This document shows, piece after piece, positions 14,295 through 27,696 of a DNA stretch of 64,000 bases. The position numbers were made by a program, and so were the translations under genes. Every line of letters begins with the position of its first letter. The first letter of the stretch is position 1. Source of the stretch: Gekko japonicus (Eukaryota); the NCBI RefSeq assembly GCF_001447785.1, contig NW_015170287.1, positions 737,905-801,904 on the forward strand, in the 5' to 3' direction. The notes below the pieces were generated by a model, which was given only the letters and a program-made list of their open reading frames with translations, ran no database searches and had not been told where the DNA came from.

Positions 14295-14537
14295 GAAGAA
14301 GAGCTGTTTTTTACACTCCATTTTTCACTACCCGAAGGAGGCACAGAGCATCTAACAATCACCTTCCCTTCCTCTCCCCACAACAGACACCCTGTGAGGT
14401 AGGTGGGACTGAGAGAGCTCTGAGAGAACTGTGACTGCCCCAAGGTCTCCCAGCTGCCTTCATGTGGAGGAGTGGGGAATCAAACCTGGTTCTCCAGATT
14501 AGAGTCTGCTGCTCTTAACCACTACAAACTGGCTCTG
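14295..14537 (-). mobile_element. Squam3-like SINE
   Basis: Reverse complement of the same SINE. Confidence 0.85.
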
Positions 14538-15255
14538 GAACTTCCAGTTCTTATGTATTTTATGCATTCAATGCTATTTATTATTATTTTCACTGTAAGC
14601 TGCCTTGAGTTCTTATAAGTTAGAAAGGTGGTTAATGAATGATTAATAAAATAAATAAATAATTCTATAAATTGCTGTGGAGATAAAGTGTGTGTCTTGC
14701 CATTATTTTCTTTTCTAAATTTAATAAAACAAAAAAGTGGACACTCATTGTGAGTGATGCATAAATTATAAAAGAAATTGCTTTATTTTAAAATGCAAGG
14801 TAGAAAAGTCTAAAGAACAAATAATAAAATGCAGATTTTAAAATGCCTTTGGATTAACCTTAAATTTACATCTAAACCTATTTCTACCTTGAGGCCATAT
14901 GTGTCACCTATGGAACATATCAAGCAAAACTAGCTTAGTTAGCAAGTGATACAAGATCATCCCAGAAGCAATGCCCATGATATATTCCAGACTCTGTCAT
15001 TGGAGAGAAACAGCCATGGAAATCAATTGAATGGAAGACCTGCTGAAAGCAAAGCTTATTGGCCAAAATGAACTGGTTGCTTCTGCAAAGTCTGGCTGTC
15101 TATAGATTCACCTTGCCCCTTTCAGCGAGTACAAAAACTTATGGATTCTACCTAATTACTCTACAACAGGAACCCTGAAGAATTCCACAGAGAATCCCAC
15201 ATCTGATCCCCGAGATCAACCTGTATAGGAATGTGTCAGGTGTGATTGGCATTTT

Positions 15256-15737
15256 CAGGGGTCATTTCCTGCGGGAGCGCACAGGAGCGGAGCTCCGGCA
15301 GTAGGGAGCCCAGGGGGAGGGCACATGCAATAAGCCCCACCCCCTGCTACCAGCAGCCCTCAGTTGGACCATGAGGAGCAAGAAGCAGCCAGGTAAATTG
15401 TACCCCCCCGGACCACCTTCAGGTACAAGCTCTCCCTCCTCTGTGAGGACAGATCTGCACATTCCCCCCCCCCAGCTAGCAATCCAAAACAGTCCAGTGG
15501 CACCTTTAAGCAAGTTTTATTCCGGTCCAAGCTCTCCCTCCTTTGTGAGGACAGATCTGCATGTTCCCCCACCCCCAATAGCTAGCAATCCAAAACAGTT
15601 CAGTGGAGCCTGAGCAGTGGGTGTTGCCTCCTGACACACTTCCAATGAGGTCAGGGGGTATGGCATATGCAAATAAGGTATGCTAATAAATTATGCTAAT
15701 AAGCTCCTGCACCTCTTTTTCTACGAAATGACCCCTG
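15256..15737. mobile_element. hAT MITE, TIR CAGGGGTCATTT, with internal ~90-bp tandem units
   Basis: Perfect 8-bp TSD ggcatttt. Confidence 0.92.
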
Positions 15738-16361
15738 GGCATTTTTAGCATTTTTACGCTTTTCCCATTTGTTGACACAGTGACTTATCAACCATTTTCT
15801 TCACCATTTCTCTTTCTTTTAAAAACTTCTATCCACATTTTGTGCATTGCCATTACGTAAAAGTTAATAATCATTACAACATTTTAAATCCACTTGAAGA
15901 TTTGGATTCCCTGTTGAAAAAATGTTCAAAACAAGTGAACAAAAATCAAGAACAACTGTTGTTATTTCCATTCCACTGTGCTGCAATGCAGGAATGAGAA
16001 GTATTTGGTTTCAAATCACGATCAATGAGAAATTCAAAAGCATCCATGGAAAAGACAGAAGGTGAAAGCTGAGTGGAGAAACGGATAAAAAGATGATGCC
16101 TTCCTGTCTATCCAGGGCTGCCTGATGCATACGCATGATGTAACCAGAGGCCTTGAAGTGACAACTCTTATCATCCATTCAAAAATGGTTTTACATTTCA
16201 TGGGAAAACCTTCAGGTATAATTTGACCTCGTTGAACCTATGTGCAGTTAATTATTCAGTGAATTAAACAATTAAATTTACAGTGGACATATACAAGGCA
16301 TACCTAAGTCATATTATAGCTGTCAGCCCTTCTGGTTGCGGTTATTCAATAAAGGTCTTTA

Positions 16362-16538
<177 letters not shown>

Positions 16539-16809
16539 TTATAACACAATATTTTATACATAACTTTTATTAAGATACTCATGGCTATTAGAATTACTGC
16601 ATATGTCCAAAAATGGAAAAGGACTTCTGATATATTAAAGACTGATTTCTGCAGAGTCAAAGCACTGGGATGTGCCAGTGATCATCAACATTTCTTAGCC
16701 CAGACCCATCCTTTGGGCAAAGAAAGGGCACCACCACTCTGCCTCTCTACTTTGTATTGCTTCCTGTGAGCATTAAGGAGAATACAGCCCTCTGATTCCA
16801 AGTCTTAAG

Positions 16810-16994
16810 CAGTGTTCCCTCTGAGCTGAGTTAGTGTGAGCTGGCTCACAGTTTTTTAGCCTCCAGCTCACACATTTTGTCTTAGCTCAGGGAGGATGGC
16901 TCCAGAGCAAACTAATTTATGCAGCAGCCAAATTGCTCGCTCACAACTTTAATGCCAGTAGCTCACAAGACTCCACAGCTTAGAGGGAGCATTG
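16810..16994. mobile_element. ~200-bp hAT MITE (TIR CARTGYTCCCTCT)
   Basis: Perfect 8-bp TSD gtcttaag. Confidence 0.92.
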
Positions 16995-17921
16995 GTCTTA
17001 AGTATGTACATTAAAATTATATATGGCATGGTAAGCTGTTAGTGCCTCAGACTTCACATACCATATATGGCTTTTTGGCCTTGAATCTTTAAGTCTCGTG
17101 TGAACCCTGTCTACCTTTCTGAAAAAGGAATAAACAAGGACAGGTAGATTTACATTTCACAAACTAACTGAGGTAAAGCTATTCTTGATTTCTGCAGGCT
17201 ATTTTAACTGTCATTAGGGAATGGTAAATCCTTGTTTCATTTTTTAATGTTCACACATTAAATAATGCATGTAACAAACACCTTGAGCCAAACCAATTTA
17301 TCGTAAGAATAATCACAAGTATATGATTTAGATCAGCAGAACTACTATCACACTTTATTAACACAATAAAACATGGTGTACATTTAAACCATACTTAGGT
17401 CTTGCCACTTGTAAATGAAAGATCAAATGTTCCCTTTTAGGATTTGCTTTTTTCATAAATATATCTGACAGCTGCTACTATTTGTATAGGATTTTAGATA
17501 TTAGATGGATTGATATAATATATTCAGAAGGTGCATCCCACAGTCACTTTCTTATCTGCCATCTGTTATTATGTAGAAACGTCAGGATTTTAATAAGGAA
17601 AAATACATCTTATAAATCCAGAGACTACATCCCAAAACACAATAATGAAATTTATATTAGAGTAACTAGATGCACAATTTATGCATAAGCCTTTACATAA
17701 AATATTCAAACATTGATATCCTTGCATTATTACATTCAAAATAAATGTGTCGTTTTATCCATTAAAAAAAAATCAGGGGTTAGATGAGAGTTCACCACAG
17801 GAAAGTATACAGGAAGTCTGTTTCCTTATCTCTTTGCTTAATGGTTGTGATGAGATAGAGACGAATGCAAATTTAATAGCTACACATTCATCAGGAAGGA
17901 TTAACTTGGGTGACTTTAGAG

Positions 17922-19194
17922 CAGGGATTTTTAACCTGGGGTCCACAGACACCCAAGGGGTCTGTGAATAGATTTCAGCAGATCCATGAACTTGGATGGG
18001 GGAAAACAAATTACATCTTTATTTTCACTAACTGCTAAGTGATATTTAGCATGCCCTTCAATTATAAATGCAGGTAACAAGCCACAGCAATATTAGCAGT
18101 ACCTGTGACTTTGTCACCAATAGAAATCACAGATATTTTCATACCACATTACAGTTGTTGCAGATTATCTCAAAATATCATTTCTGCTCATCACTACTTG
18201 GAAATTATGGTAGTTATTAGACCTGTCGCTAGATTGCATGTGATGGCAGTCTTCCTGCCTACAGATGCTTGTGCAAAGTAGATGGCCAACTATTGGGGAA
18301 TTCTGCGCCTAGTAGTCATTCAGCCACCGAACAGTGAAGTCTCGAGTTCTCACACTGGTGACCCAGACATCGACACTGCTTTCCAGTATTCCCTATCTGC
18401 AATTGTTTATTGATCAATACATGGAAGGAAATGAGTCATTTTCATTGTTTGTTAAAGTTTTGCAAAGCTGGACAGTTCAAATAAGAATTGTTAACTCTGT
18501 GTAAGGCGATGAAGCCTTCTGTAACATGGACAGGCGTGTAGGCTATGAGTGTAAAAGTTCAAATAAGTTCAAACTGTCATTTTTAATGTGTTAACAAAGA
18601 AACACTCAGGGCTATTTTTGGGCAGGAACGCACAGGAACGGCATTCCGGCTGGCTCCCAAGTTGACCACGCCCAGCAGGAACTCATTAGCATAATAGGCC
18701 ACACCCAACAGCAGAAACTCATTAGGGTTGGCTACATTAGGGGTGTGTGGCCTAACATGCAAAGGAGTTCCTGCTACAAAAAGGCCCTGGGTTTTGACAA
18801 CAAACAAGGTAAACAGAATAAGAAGCAAACGATGGGTGTGGCTGGATGACCACACTTCTGGTAATGAGGGTGTCTGTGGCCCAATATGCTAATGAGCTGT
18901 GCTGTCAGGGGGTGTGGCCTAATATGCTAATTGGTTTTGCTGTTTGGTGTGGCCTATTATGCTAATGAGTTCCTGCTGGGCTTTTTCTACAAAAAAAGGC
19001 CTGGAAACACTTATATTACTATATCACAATTAAAAAAAAAAATTTTATAACTGTAATTCAGTATAATTGGTTTTCTTCATAATTGTATGCATTTTATGTT
19101 ATGCATTTACAAACATTGTTCTGAGAAGTGGTCCATAGACTTCACCAAACTGCTAAAAGAATCCATGGCACAAAAAATTGGTTAAGAACCCCTG
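17922..19194. mobile_element. hAT-Charlie (Charlie4-like) non-autonomous transposon with nested MITE
   Basis: TIR CAGGGATTTTTAACC/GGTTAAGAACCCCTG; perfect 8-bp TSD ctttagag. Confidence 0.88.
18607..19003. mobile_element. hAT MITE (same family as 12010-12408) nested in the Charlie-like element
   Basis: Perfect 8-bp TSD gaaacact. Confidence 0.92.
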
Positions 19195-20855
19195 CTTTAG
19201 AGGGGGAAAAGTTCTATAAGTTTATCTGGTTGAATAAATATTATGAAATAAAACATGCATTCAATTAATAAAAAAAGAAAAGAAACGAGACTGTAGTGAC
19301 CATCAGCGGGGACGAATGGAATCATTATCAAAGATTTGTTATCTAATTCATTTTATTACAATGAATGTTATAAAAAGTGCAGGAGGGTAATGAAAAATAA
19401 TTCACACTCATGAACTGACAATTGATAAGTTTTTGAGATACTGGATGTAATCAAGGCAGGGTGTTAGGTGAAAGAAATGTGATTGATATCAGTGTTACTT
19501 CCAAACAGATTTATCTGGGATTGAGAGACGAGATGAGAGCTCAAAAGACCTTGTTGTGCTCTAATTATCCAGAAGCTCCTTTGCAACCTGCACTCGACTC
19601 CTCCAAACATAATTTCTCCATATTTCTAAGCTATGCTGATAATTACTGAGGTATAAAGACAGTTATTGGAGATCTTGTTTGGCAGCCTTATTATTAGTTA
19701 CAAGAATAAATGACTGATAATAAAATGAAAATGAAATTGGACTGCATTAAAAAAAAGGAATTCTAAAAAAGCCTACAAAAGCTAAACCATTTCTTTAAGA
19801 AATACCGTCACATTCTTATGCCACACTTTCAGGGAGCTTAGGGTAGTGTTCACTGTTTTCTGTCCCACATTTTATCTTCAAAACAAACATGGGACGTTGG
19901 TTGGGGGGGGGAGACTGACCAGTAAACTTCAAAGCAGAAGAAAAAATTGAACCTGGGTCCCCAGAAGTACTCACTCTAACTACTGGCCCACAGTGACTGT
20001 AATTCTCTACCATTTGTCATTTTCATATACTCACACAAACCCCAGCTGTTTAAAGTCTTTGAAATCTAATGGCATCATGTACTTTTTGATAGTTTTTTTT
20101 AAATAAATGGAAACAAGATAACTTAAATGATGTCATATATTTTCATAGAGTCTACATCATGGACTAGTTTCCATATAATCAGATGCATGAAATGTATCTA
20201 CTGTTGGCCAATATGGTCAACAGCCAATGGAATGCAAGAAGTACAGTCTGTGACATGTTTATACAAAGCTCAGATGCATACAAGGTAAGAACAGTGACTA
20301 TTCACAACATCGTGATTAGTTAATAACACAGACTTGCTAGCCTTGCTAATCTAACACCTGTAGTGTGAGAAAAACACAGAATTGTCACCTTTTTGTGGTT
20401 TCAGTCTTTTTATTTCTATGCAACAACTTTACTTTTTTATTTTTTTTATCAAAATATTTTCCAGGAAACCCTACCATCTTTATCAATGTACATTAGAAAG
20501 GTATCTAAATATTTTTTTAAAAAAATAATTAAATGTTGTCCCTTATTTTGTCACACCAGAACATAATAAAGATTATACAATTTTCAACAAAATTATCTGT
20601 GCAAAACCGGTATTTCTTGGAGTTCTCTGATAGTACATTAATCCCAGTTGGGACTTTATGCAGCTATCAGCTCATTTAAAAATACTGGAAAGATCAGATC
20701 TTGGCTCTCTCAGTGCCATCTGTTTTGATGCTTATTTTGATGGAATGGGGAAATTCACTAAGAACACTAATTGTGCAATATGTTTATAGGTGTGAAAAGA
20801 CAGAGGTGAAACTTGGCTCATTATAAAAGGACAAGATGCCATCTTAATGAAAAGG

Positions 20856-21729
20856 TGTTATGGCATGTGTGATGGACTGCACTTTTAAAGCTTAGAAATT
20901 CTGTATAAACAGGTAAAGGACTGTGAAGTGTTAATTATTCACAGAGCCAGAGAGCCTTGAGTGACAGGCTGGTCCAAGGGATCTCATTGGTTAGCATTAG
21001 CTGAGCAGAGAAAGACTTCTGAATTGGATGCTGAGGAGAATTCAGTCTGATTCCAGCTCTAGCTGAGGAGAGTCAAGTACTGACAGTCTCAGTATTCAGC
21101 CCTAACTGAGAGCAGTTTAACACAGACAGGAGAACTGGGGAAAGTTGGCAAGGATGAGTGGGTAGTTAGATGGTGACCCACATTCTGGCCAAAGAAAGGG
21201 GACAGATCTTCTAGTGAGAGAAGAATTTCCCTACCCAGTCAAACATGGAGGTAGCTCTGAAAAATACAGAGATCCCTGGTCTGGTGTGGTTAGAAACTGC
21301 CTTTGGAGACCTTTGGAGTCAGTTAAAACATCAAGACCAATATTGGCATTTCAAGAGAAGGGGTTTGGGTACTGGATAGAGTGTACCAGCCTTCTGGAAA
21401 CTGAAAGAGTAAGAGAATACTCATATAAAGTGTACTGGAGTGTTTGGGAAAACACTGGGGAAAAGCCTCTTAACATAAAGATTTTAAGTAACTCTTAATA
21501 GCTTTAAAAACTCTCATTAAACTGAATCATAAGAACTAAAATCTGTGCATGCACTGATTTTACCTCAGGAATTCCAACCTCTGATTTCACCTGACCTTTC
21601 TCCTCTATGTTGAAAAAATGTTTCATTAATTTGGAATATAAAAACATCTTGAGTGCCATTAAAGGGGGTTCCCAATCCTTCCCACGGTTTCCTGGGCTGA
21701 GCAAACAGCCAAAATATTATACTGTGACA
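20856..21729. mobile_element. Possible solo LTR
   Basis: Begins TGT and ends TGTGACA with LTR-like composition; no convincing TSD. Confidence 0.35.
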
Positions 21730-21780
21730 GGGTGGGACAGCCAGAGATCTTCAGCAAAAAAGAAAACACATTACTAGGGT

Positions 21781-22686
21781 CAGGGGTCTTTTAGTAGAAA
21801 AAGAGCTGCAGGAGCTCATTAGCATATGATATGCTAATGAGCCAGTAGGTGATTAGCATATGCCACGCCCCCTGACATCATCTGAAGAGGAAGCAAAAGG
21901 GGGGGAGGCATCTTCAAAAGCCTCCCCTGCCCTTCCCCAACTGGCTTAGGGGGGGGAGCAAAGAGAGAAGGGGTTTAAAGTTTAAACCCCTTCTCACTAG
22001 AGTTGGACCACAGAAGGAAGAAAGAGGGAAGGAAAGAGAGAGAGGAAAGAAGGAAGGAAAGAGGGAAAGAAAGAGAAGGAAAGAAGGAAGGAAAGAAGGA
22101 AGGAAAGAGGGGATAAAAAGAGAGAAGCAAAGAGGGAAAGAAAGAGAAGGNNNNNNNNNNNNNNNNNNNNNNNNNNNNNNNNNNNNNNNNNNNNNNNNNN
22201 NNNNNNNNNNNNNNNNNNNNNNNNNNNNNNNNNNNNNNNNNNNNNNNNNNNNNNNNNNNNNNNNNNNNNNNNNNNNNNNNNNNNNNNNNNNNNNNNNNNN
22301 NNNNNNNNNNNNNNNNNNNNNNNNNNNNNNNNNNNNNNNNNNNNNNNNCCCCCCCCCGGCAGGGCTCTCTGGGCATCCCCCGAGCTGCAGTGCTTCTGCG
22401 CAAGCCCAGGGTACCTGGCGGCAGGTCTCTCCAGGCCTCCTCCGAGCCGCAGTGCTTCTGCGCGGGCCTGGGAGACTCGGCGGCGGGGCTCTCCGGGCCT
22501 CCCCCGAGCAACAACGCTTCTGTGCGGGCCCAGGGGACCCAGCAGCAGGGCTCTCCGGGCCTCTCCCAAGCCGCAGCACTTTCAGCATGGGGAGCTGGGG
22601 GCGGGGCTTGCCGCCGCCACCATTTGCATGGGCTCCTGGGCTGTTGGAGCATCGCTCCAGTGTGCTCCGGCCCCAAAAGCCCCCTG
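21781..22686. mobile_element. hAT MITE with internal purine microsatellite, gap and GC-rich tandem units
   Basis: CAGGGG...CCCCTG termini; perfect 8-bp TSD actagggt. Confidence 0.9.
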
Positions 22687-24434
22687 ACTAGGGTGGCTCA
22701 GTCAGTAAAGGGAAAGAAAAACTGAGGGGAAATTTTGCCTCTGAGGGAGGGAGGGGACGGGGACAGTCGTACATGTCTACAGAGTGCAACTTTTAAAAAA
22801 TCCATACAATGGGACCATGTATGGGTGGGGTTAAAAACAAAGATAAACCCCAGTTTACTGAAAAAAAGTCTTAAAAGGGAAAAAGAAGAACTTCAAACGG
22901 ACAAACATGTGATTTATGGCTTTTCCACAATTTTACCCATTGGTTCTGGGCCCATACTGCTTTGTTTTATCCCCTGATTTCTGCACACATTGTTGTGCCT
23001 TTAGTTTTCACCTTTTTTTGGCCATTTTTTCCTGGTTCTTTGAGAACACTTTTACCTCGGTCCATTTCCAGATGCCCATTTTGAGTCAGCTTTTCATTTG
23101 TGTGTAATTTTTCTGTTGGTTTTCTTTACCCTGCTCACTCCCATGTACCTCCGGCCTACTTTTTGATAACTGGACTGTTGCCATTGCCAAACTACTCCCT
23201 CTCTCTACTTCCTCTCTCCTCATCCTAAAGATTAGAGTTTCTTTCCCTGAAGATACTAAAATATTGATATATTATTGTAATGCATTTTCCCTTATGTATG
23301 AGTGAGGAAAGTGTCTAGAGACTAGATAAAAAAATATCATTACAATGGTACATCAGCATTTCAATATTTTAGTCCATTTAAAAAATGCAGCCACAATATT
23401 GATCTATTGATATAAGAATGTGCGCACACAAAAAAGAGTAGGGGGTGCTGTGACACCACTGATGATGCCACCAGTGATGACAGCCCCCTCTGTCGAAATT
23501 CCTGATTATTTAAGGCACGTGTGCAAGAAAATAAACTGACTCCATAACTGTGAAAATACAGAGGGAGGGCAGATGTGCAGAAGAATGGTACCCAAACCAA
23601 TTCCAATGTTTGTGGATCAATGGCCAAGAAAATCAGGAGCCTGCTGAGTGTGCAGAGATGCCTTTAAAGAAAAGATGAACTTGCAACATCATATTACAAG
23701 ATCTAGGATACCAGTTTGAAGCTGCCTGGAAACCCCAATAAATGTTGCCTGGTCAGGAAGGTAAAAAGAAGGTAACCAGCATGGTGGATTCCTGTGCGGA
23801 AGAAGGTGGGGCCATCTGCTGGGGGGAGAAAGAGAAGGTGGGCATTTATTTATTTACTTACTTCATTTATATCCACCTTTTTTCCCCAATGGGGACCCAA
23901 AGTGGCTTACAACATTTTCCCCTTCCCCATTAGAGTTAGGTTAGAGGCCAGGGGGAGAGAAAGGAGAGGGAAGTAGGTTGTGGTACCGACCATTGGGGGA
24001 AACAAGCTGATGGGAGTGGGACTGAGCAAGAGGAGATAAATGGGGTCCAGTAGAATGATGGGATTTTGCCTTTCCCATGAGTCCCTTCTTAATCTTCACA
24101 CTTCTGTGAAGATTCTATTGTCTCCATATTCACAGTTCCTTCATGAGCCTCATGTTTGGAAATAATCTGGGGTATGGTGGTAAACTGTGAAGCAAACACA
24201 TAGACTCTCTCTCTACATGTTCTTGTTTGAAGTCCATGCTTGACCCCCTTTTTATGCCAGAAAAGAAAGTTGTAGAAGTTCTAGGATATGCCAGTGGAGC
24301 TCCCTCTGACACAGTTCTTCCCCACTCCCCATCATCCCACCTTGAAATGGAGACAAATACAGATATATGGAAGCATTACAGAGGTCTTGCCACATGATTA
24401 CCTTCGAGATTCAGGGGAAAGCCATGATATAGGT

Positions 24435-24750
24435 CAGTGGTGGCGAACCTATGGCACGGGTGCCAGAGGTGGCACTCAGAGCCCTCTCTGTGGGCACGCG
24501 TGCCATCCCAGCCAGGCCCAGACCATCATTAAAGTGTTGAATTCTCTGCCAAATAATTTTAAGTAAATGAAAGCATTTGGGATTGCTTTCCTTACTTTGT
24601 TTGGATCATCTTAAGTTAATGTATGAGTTGTTTTTTCTAAAGTAAAACCTCAGTATTCAGGTTAAATTGCCGCGTTGGCACTTTGCGATAAATAAGTGGG
24701 TTTTGGGTCGCAGTTTGGGCACTCGGTCTCTAAAAGGTTCGCCACCACTG
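24435..24750. mobile_element. hAT MITE, TIR CAGTGGTGGCGAACCT
   Basis: Perfect 16-bp TIR; flanking 8-mers match only 5/8. Confidence 0.85.
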
Positions 24751-26519
24751 CTCTAGGCTGATCCTGCATTGAGCAGGGAGGGTTGGACTAGATGGACTGT
24801 CTGGCCCCTTCAGAGCCCTCAGTGACAGGACCTGCCACAGGCCCCCAGAGAAAAATTCCATCTGCCCTGATCCAAAACAAATATAACAAAACAATCTGTT
24901 TTCCCATTGCAGTTTACAAAATAATAATTGTTCATTAGAACAACAAACTCTACTAAAATGAAATAAACTAACATGAATTTTCTAATGTAGAATGATTCCA
25001 GCTTCATAGATCATCAAGCTGAACTGGGCCCCTGAATTTTGTACCCCTAGTGCCTCCCCCTCGTTGGCACTGCTCAGCCTGTGATAGGACATTTAGAATT
25101 AAGTGTTTGACACCCACTTAATTTAATACTGTACCAATCAAAGTCTGTGGAGTTCTAAAGTGAAAATTATTAAAATCTCTTCCACAATACTTTCTCAGCC
25201 CCCCCCCTTGTGCTGATTTCAACAAAAGGCACACCAGCGATCATTTTGTTAGCAACAGTTGTTTTGAAGTGAATGAAAAATGTGGAGGATTTCAGATGTG
25301 AAATAGCTATCTCCCACGGTCTTCATACTCTTCTGCAGTTTCATCCGTTATCCATTTAAGCAGCCTCATTACAAAGAGAAATCCTTTTTCAGGTTTTACC
25401 CCATTAGCCTGCACATCCTGTGTTAGTTAAAATATTATAGAACAGACCACTTTCCAAAGTTCCTCTGCAGTCTAATATGGCTCGTTCACATTTGGAATGC
25501 TTCAAGGACACCAGTCCCATCCATGTTTCAATTCTTGAGGACAATCATCTTTGTTAGCTAACTCTAAACAAAATTGTCTTCGTATGCTTGAAGAGTTCAG
25601 TTTCACTGCCAGTAGCATCATTATGTTTAGCTTGCTAATGGCACTGCAGTTTTACTGGTTTCGCATTAATAATTTTCTTAAGCACATCACAAACACTGTG
25701 GTTTATTTATTTATTTATTTATTAATCACTGCTCTGGATTGAAATGAACTCCAATGATATATAATGATTAAACATTGTCTTTTTTTCATGCACAGAAACA
25801 CTGGATAGATATCCCATCATTTCATCTTTACCAGGGGATAAAGGAAAGATGGCACACTCCCAGTTTTCTAGGCAATTAAAATAAAGTTCACATATCCTTT
25901 AGAAATGAATACTGCAATATGTCAGGTTCTGCTGGGGTTGGGTCTGAGTCCAGAGCTGTCTCACCCTCCAGGGTCACTTTTAATTAGGCAAGTGTCCCAG
26001 GATACGGCCTCAGAACAGAGCAAGAGGAGGGGGTTTTCCTTCACCAAATTTGCACCTTCTACTCTGCCAGTTACCTATTCCCACCTGCCAGACCAATTCC
26101 AACTCTTCTTCACTGGCTGCTCCCAGGCATGGTTTTTAAATGCCTCCCTAAATGAGGGCTGGCGCCAGGCGAAATGACTAATTGAACACCTTTGCTTATT
26201 AGCCCTTTAATTATAGTACCAATGAGAATTATTGTACTGAAAACAGTGCAGACTCATCTCTCCTCAATGCAAGGATCAATCCTCAATCCCTTTAAGTCAA
26301 TGGAAAACACACACATTGATCTTAGTGATCAAGACTGCATCCAGATACAACTGCTCTAATTCTTTCCCATGCATTCCTGTTGTTGGTGGTCTTCTAATAC
26401 TATAACCACCTTGCTGCCTCTGACAGAGCTCCTACATAGAGCAGGAGTAGCAAGAAAGTTCTTTGCCTGAGGATGCTGCTGTGTCCACCATCTGATACAA
26501 ATATTTTAATACTTATATT

Positions 26520-27237
26520 CAGGGGTCATTTAGTAGAAAAAGAGGTGCAGGTGCTCATTAGCATTAATCATTAGCATAACTTATTTGTGTATGCTACACC
26601 CCCTGACATCACCAGAAGTGTGTCAGAAGGCAACACCCACCGCTCAGGCTCCACTGGACTGTTTTGGATTGCTAGCTATTGGTGGGGGAACACGCAGATC
26701 TGCCCTCACAGAGGAGGAAGAGCTTGTACCTGAACAAAACTTGGTCTTAAAGATGCCACCGGACTGTTTTGGATTGCTAGCTATGGGGGGGGGGACACGC
26801 AGATCTGCCCTCACAGAGGAGGAAGAGCTTGTACCTGAACAAAACTTGGTCTTAAAGATGCCACCGGACTGTTTTGGATTGCTAGATATGGGGGGGGGAA
26901 CACGCAGATCTGCCCTCACAGAGGAGGGAGAGCTTGTACCTGAAGGTGGGCCCGGGGGGGGGGGGCCTTGCAANNNNNNNNNNNNNNNNNNNNNNNNNNN
27001 NNNNNNNNNNNNNNNNNNNNNNNNNNNNNNNNNNNNNNNNNNNNNNNNNNNNNNNAGCTGTTCCCTGAAGGTGGGCCGGGGGGGGGGCTCTGCAACTTAC
27101 CTAGCTGTTTCTTGCTCCTTGTGGCCCAACTTTGGGCTGCTGGAAGCATGGGGTGGGGCTTGTTGCATGTGCCCGCCCCCTGGGCTCCTTACTGCCGGAG
27201 CTCTGCTCCTGTGCGCTCCTGCAGGAAATGACCCCTG
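26520..27237. mobile_element. hAT MITE (family of 15256-15737, reverse orientation) with at least 3 tandem ~90-bp units
   Basis: Perfect 8-bp TSD cttatatt. Confidence 0.92.
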
Positions 27238-27606
27238 CTTATATTTATAATTGTACTGTTCTGATTTCATTTTATTTTTGTTTTAATTGTTTTATATCTC
27301 TATGTAAGCTGCCCTGAGCCTGCCTTGACGGGGAGGGTGGGTTATAAATTAAATAAATAAATAAATAAATTTGGGGAGACAGAGGAAGGGAAGATGTTCT
27401 GAGGCGATACACTATCGTAGAGCACAATCTCAGTTCCCCATCTGGCAAATAGGAACTAGGCAGGTAATTGTGAAAATCCATGAGATAAAACAATGTTGTT
27501 ACAGAATCTTAAAAACACAACACTGTATCCATCCAAATAATTAATAAAGAAATGGACTGGGTTAGAAAGAAAGTTCAGTGGGAAGCCAAAATGGCTAGAT
27601 ATTAGC

Positions 27607-27692
27607 AGTGCCATCCTAACCAGAGTTACACCTTTCTAAATCCATTAAAGTCAATGCGCTCAGAAGGGTGTAACTCTGGTTAGGATGGCACT
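27607..27692. repeat. Short palindromic MITE
   Basis: AGTGCCATCCTAACCAGAGTTACACC...GGTGTAACTCTGGTTAGGATGGCACT hairpin; relatives at about 40662-40748 and 62905-62985. Confidence 0.85.
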
Positions 27693-27696
27693 ATAA

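Noticed and set aside
21914-22725. Long GC-rich ORFs
   Set aside because: They lie within a TSD-flanked MITE made of tandem repeats and an N gap; no coding signature.
26585-27250. 221-aa repetitive ORF or CRISPR-like array
   Set aside because: It is a tandem 90-bp unit inside a hAT MITE, with no unique spacers, in eukaryotic DNA.
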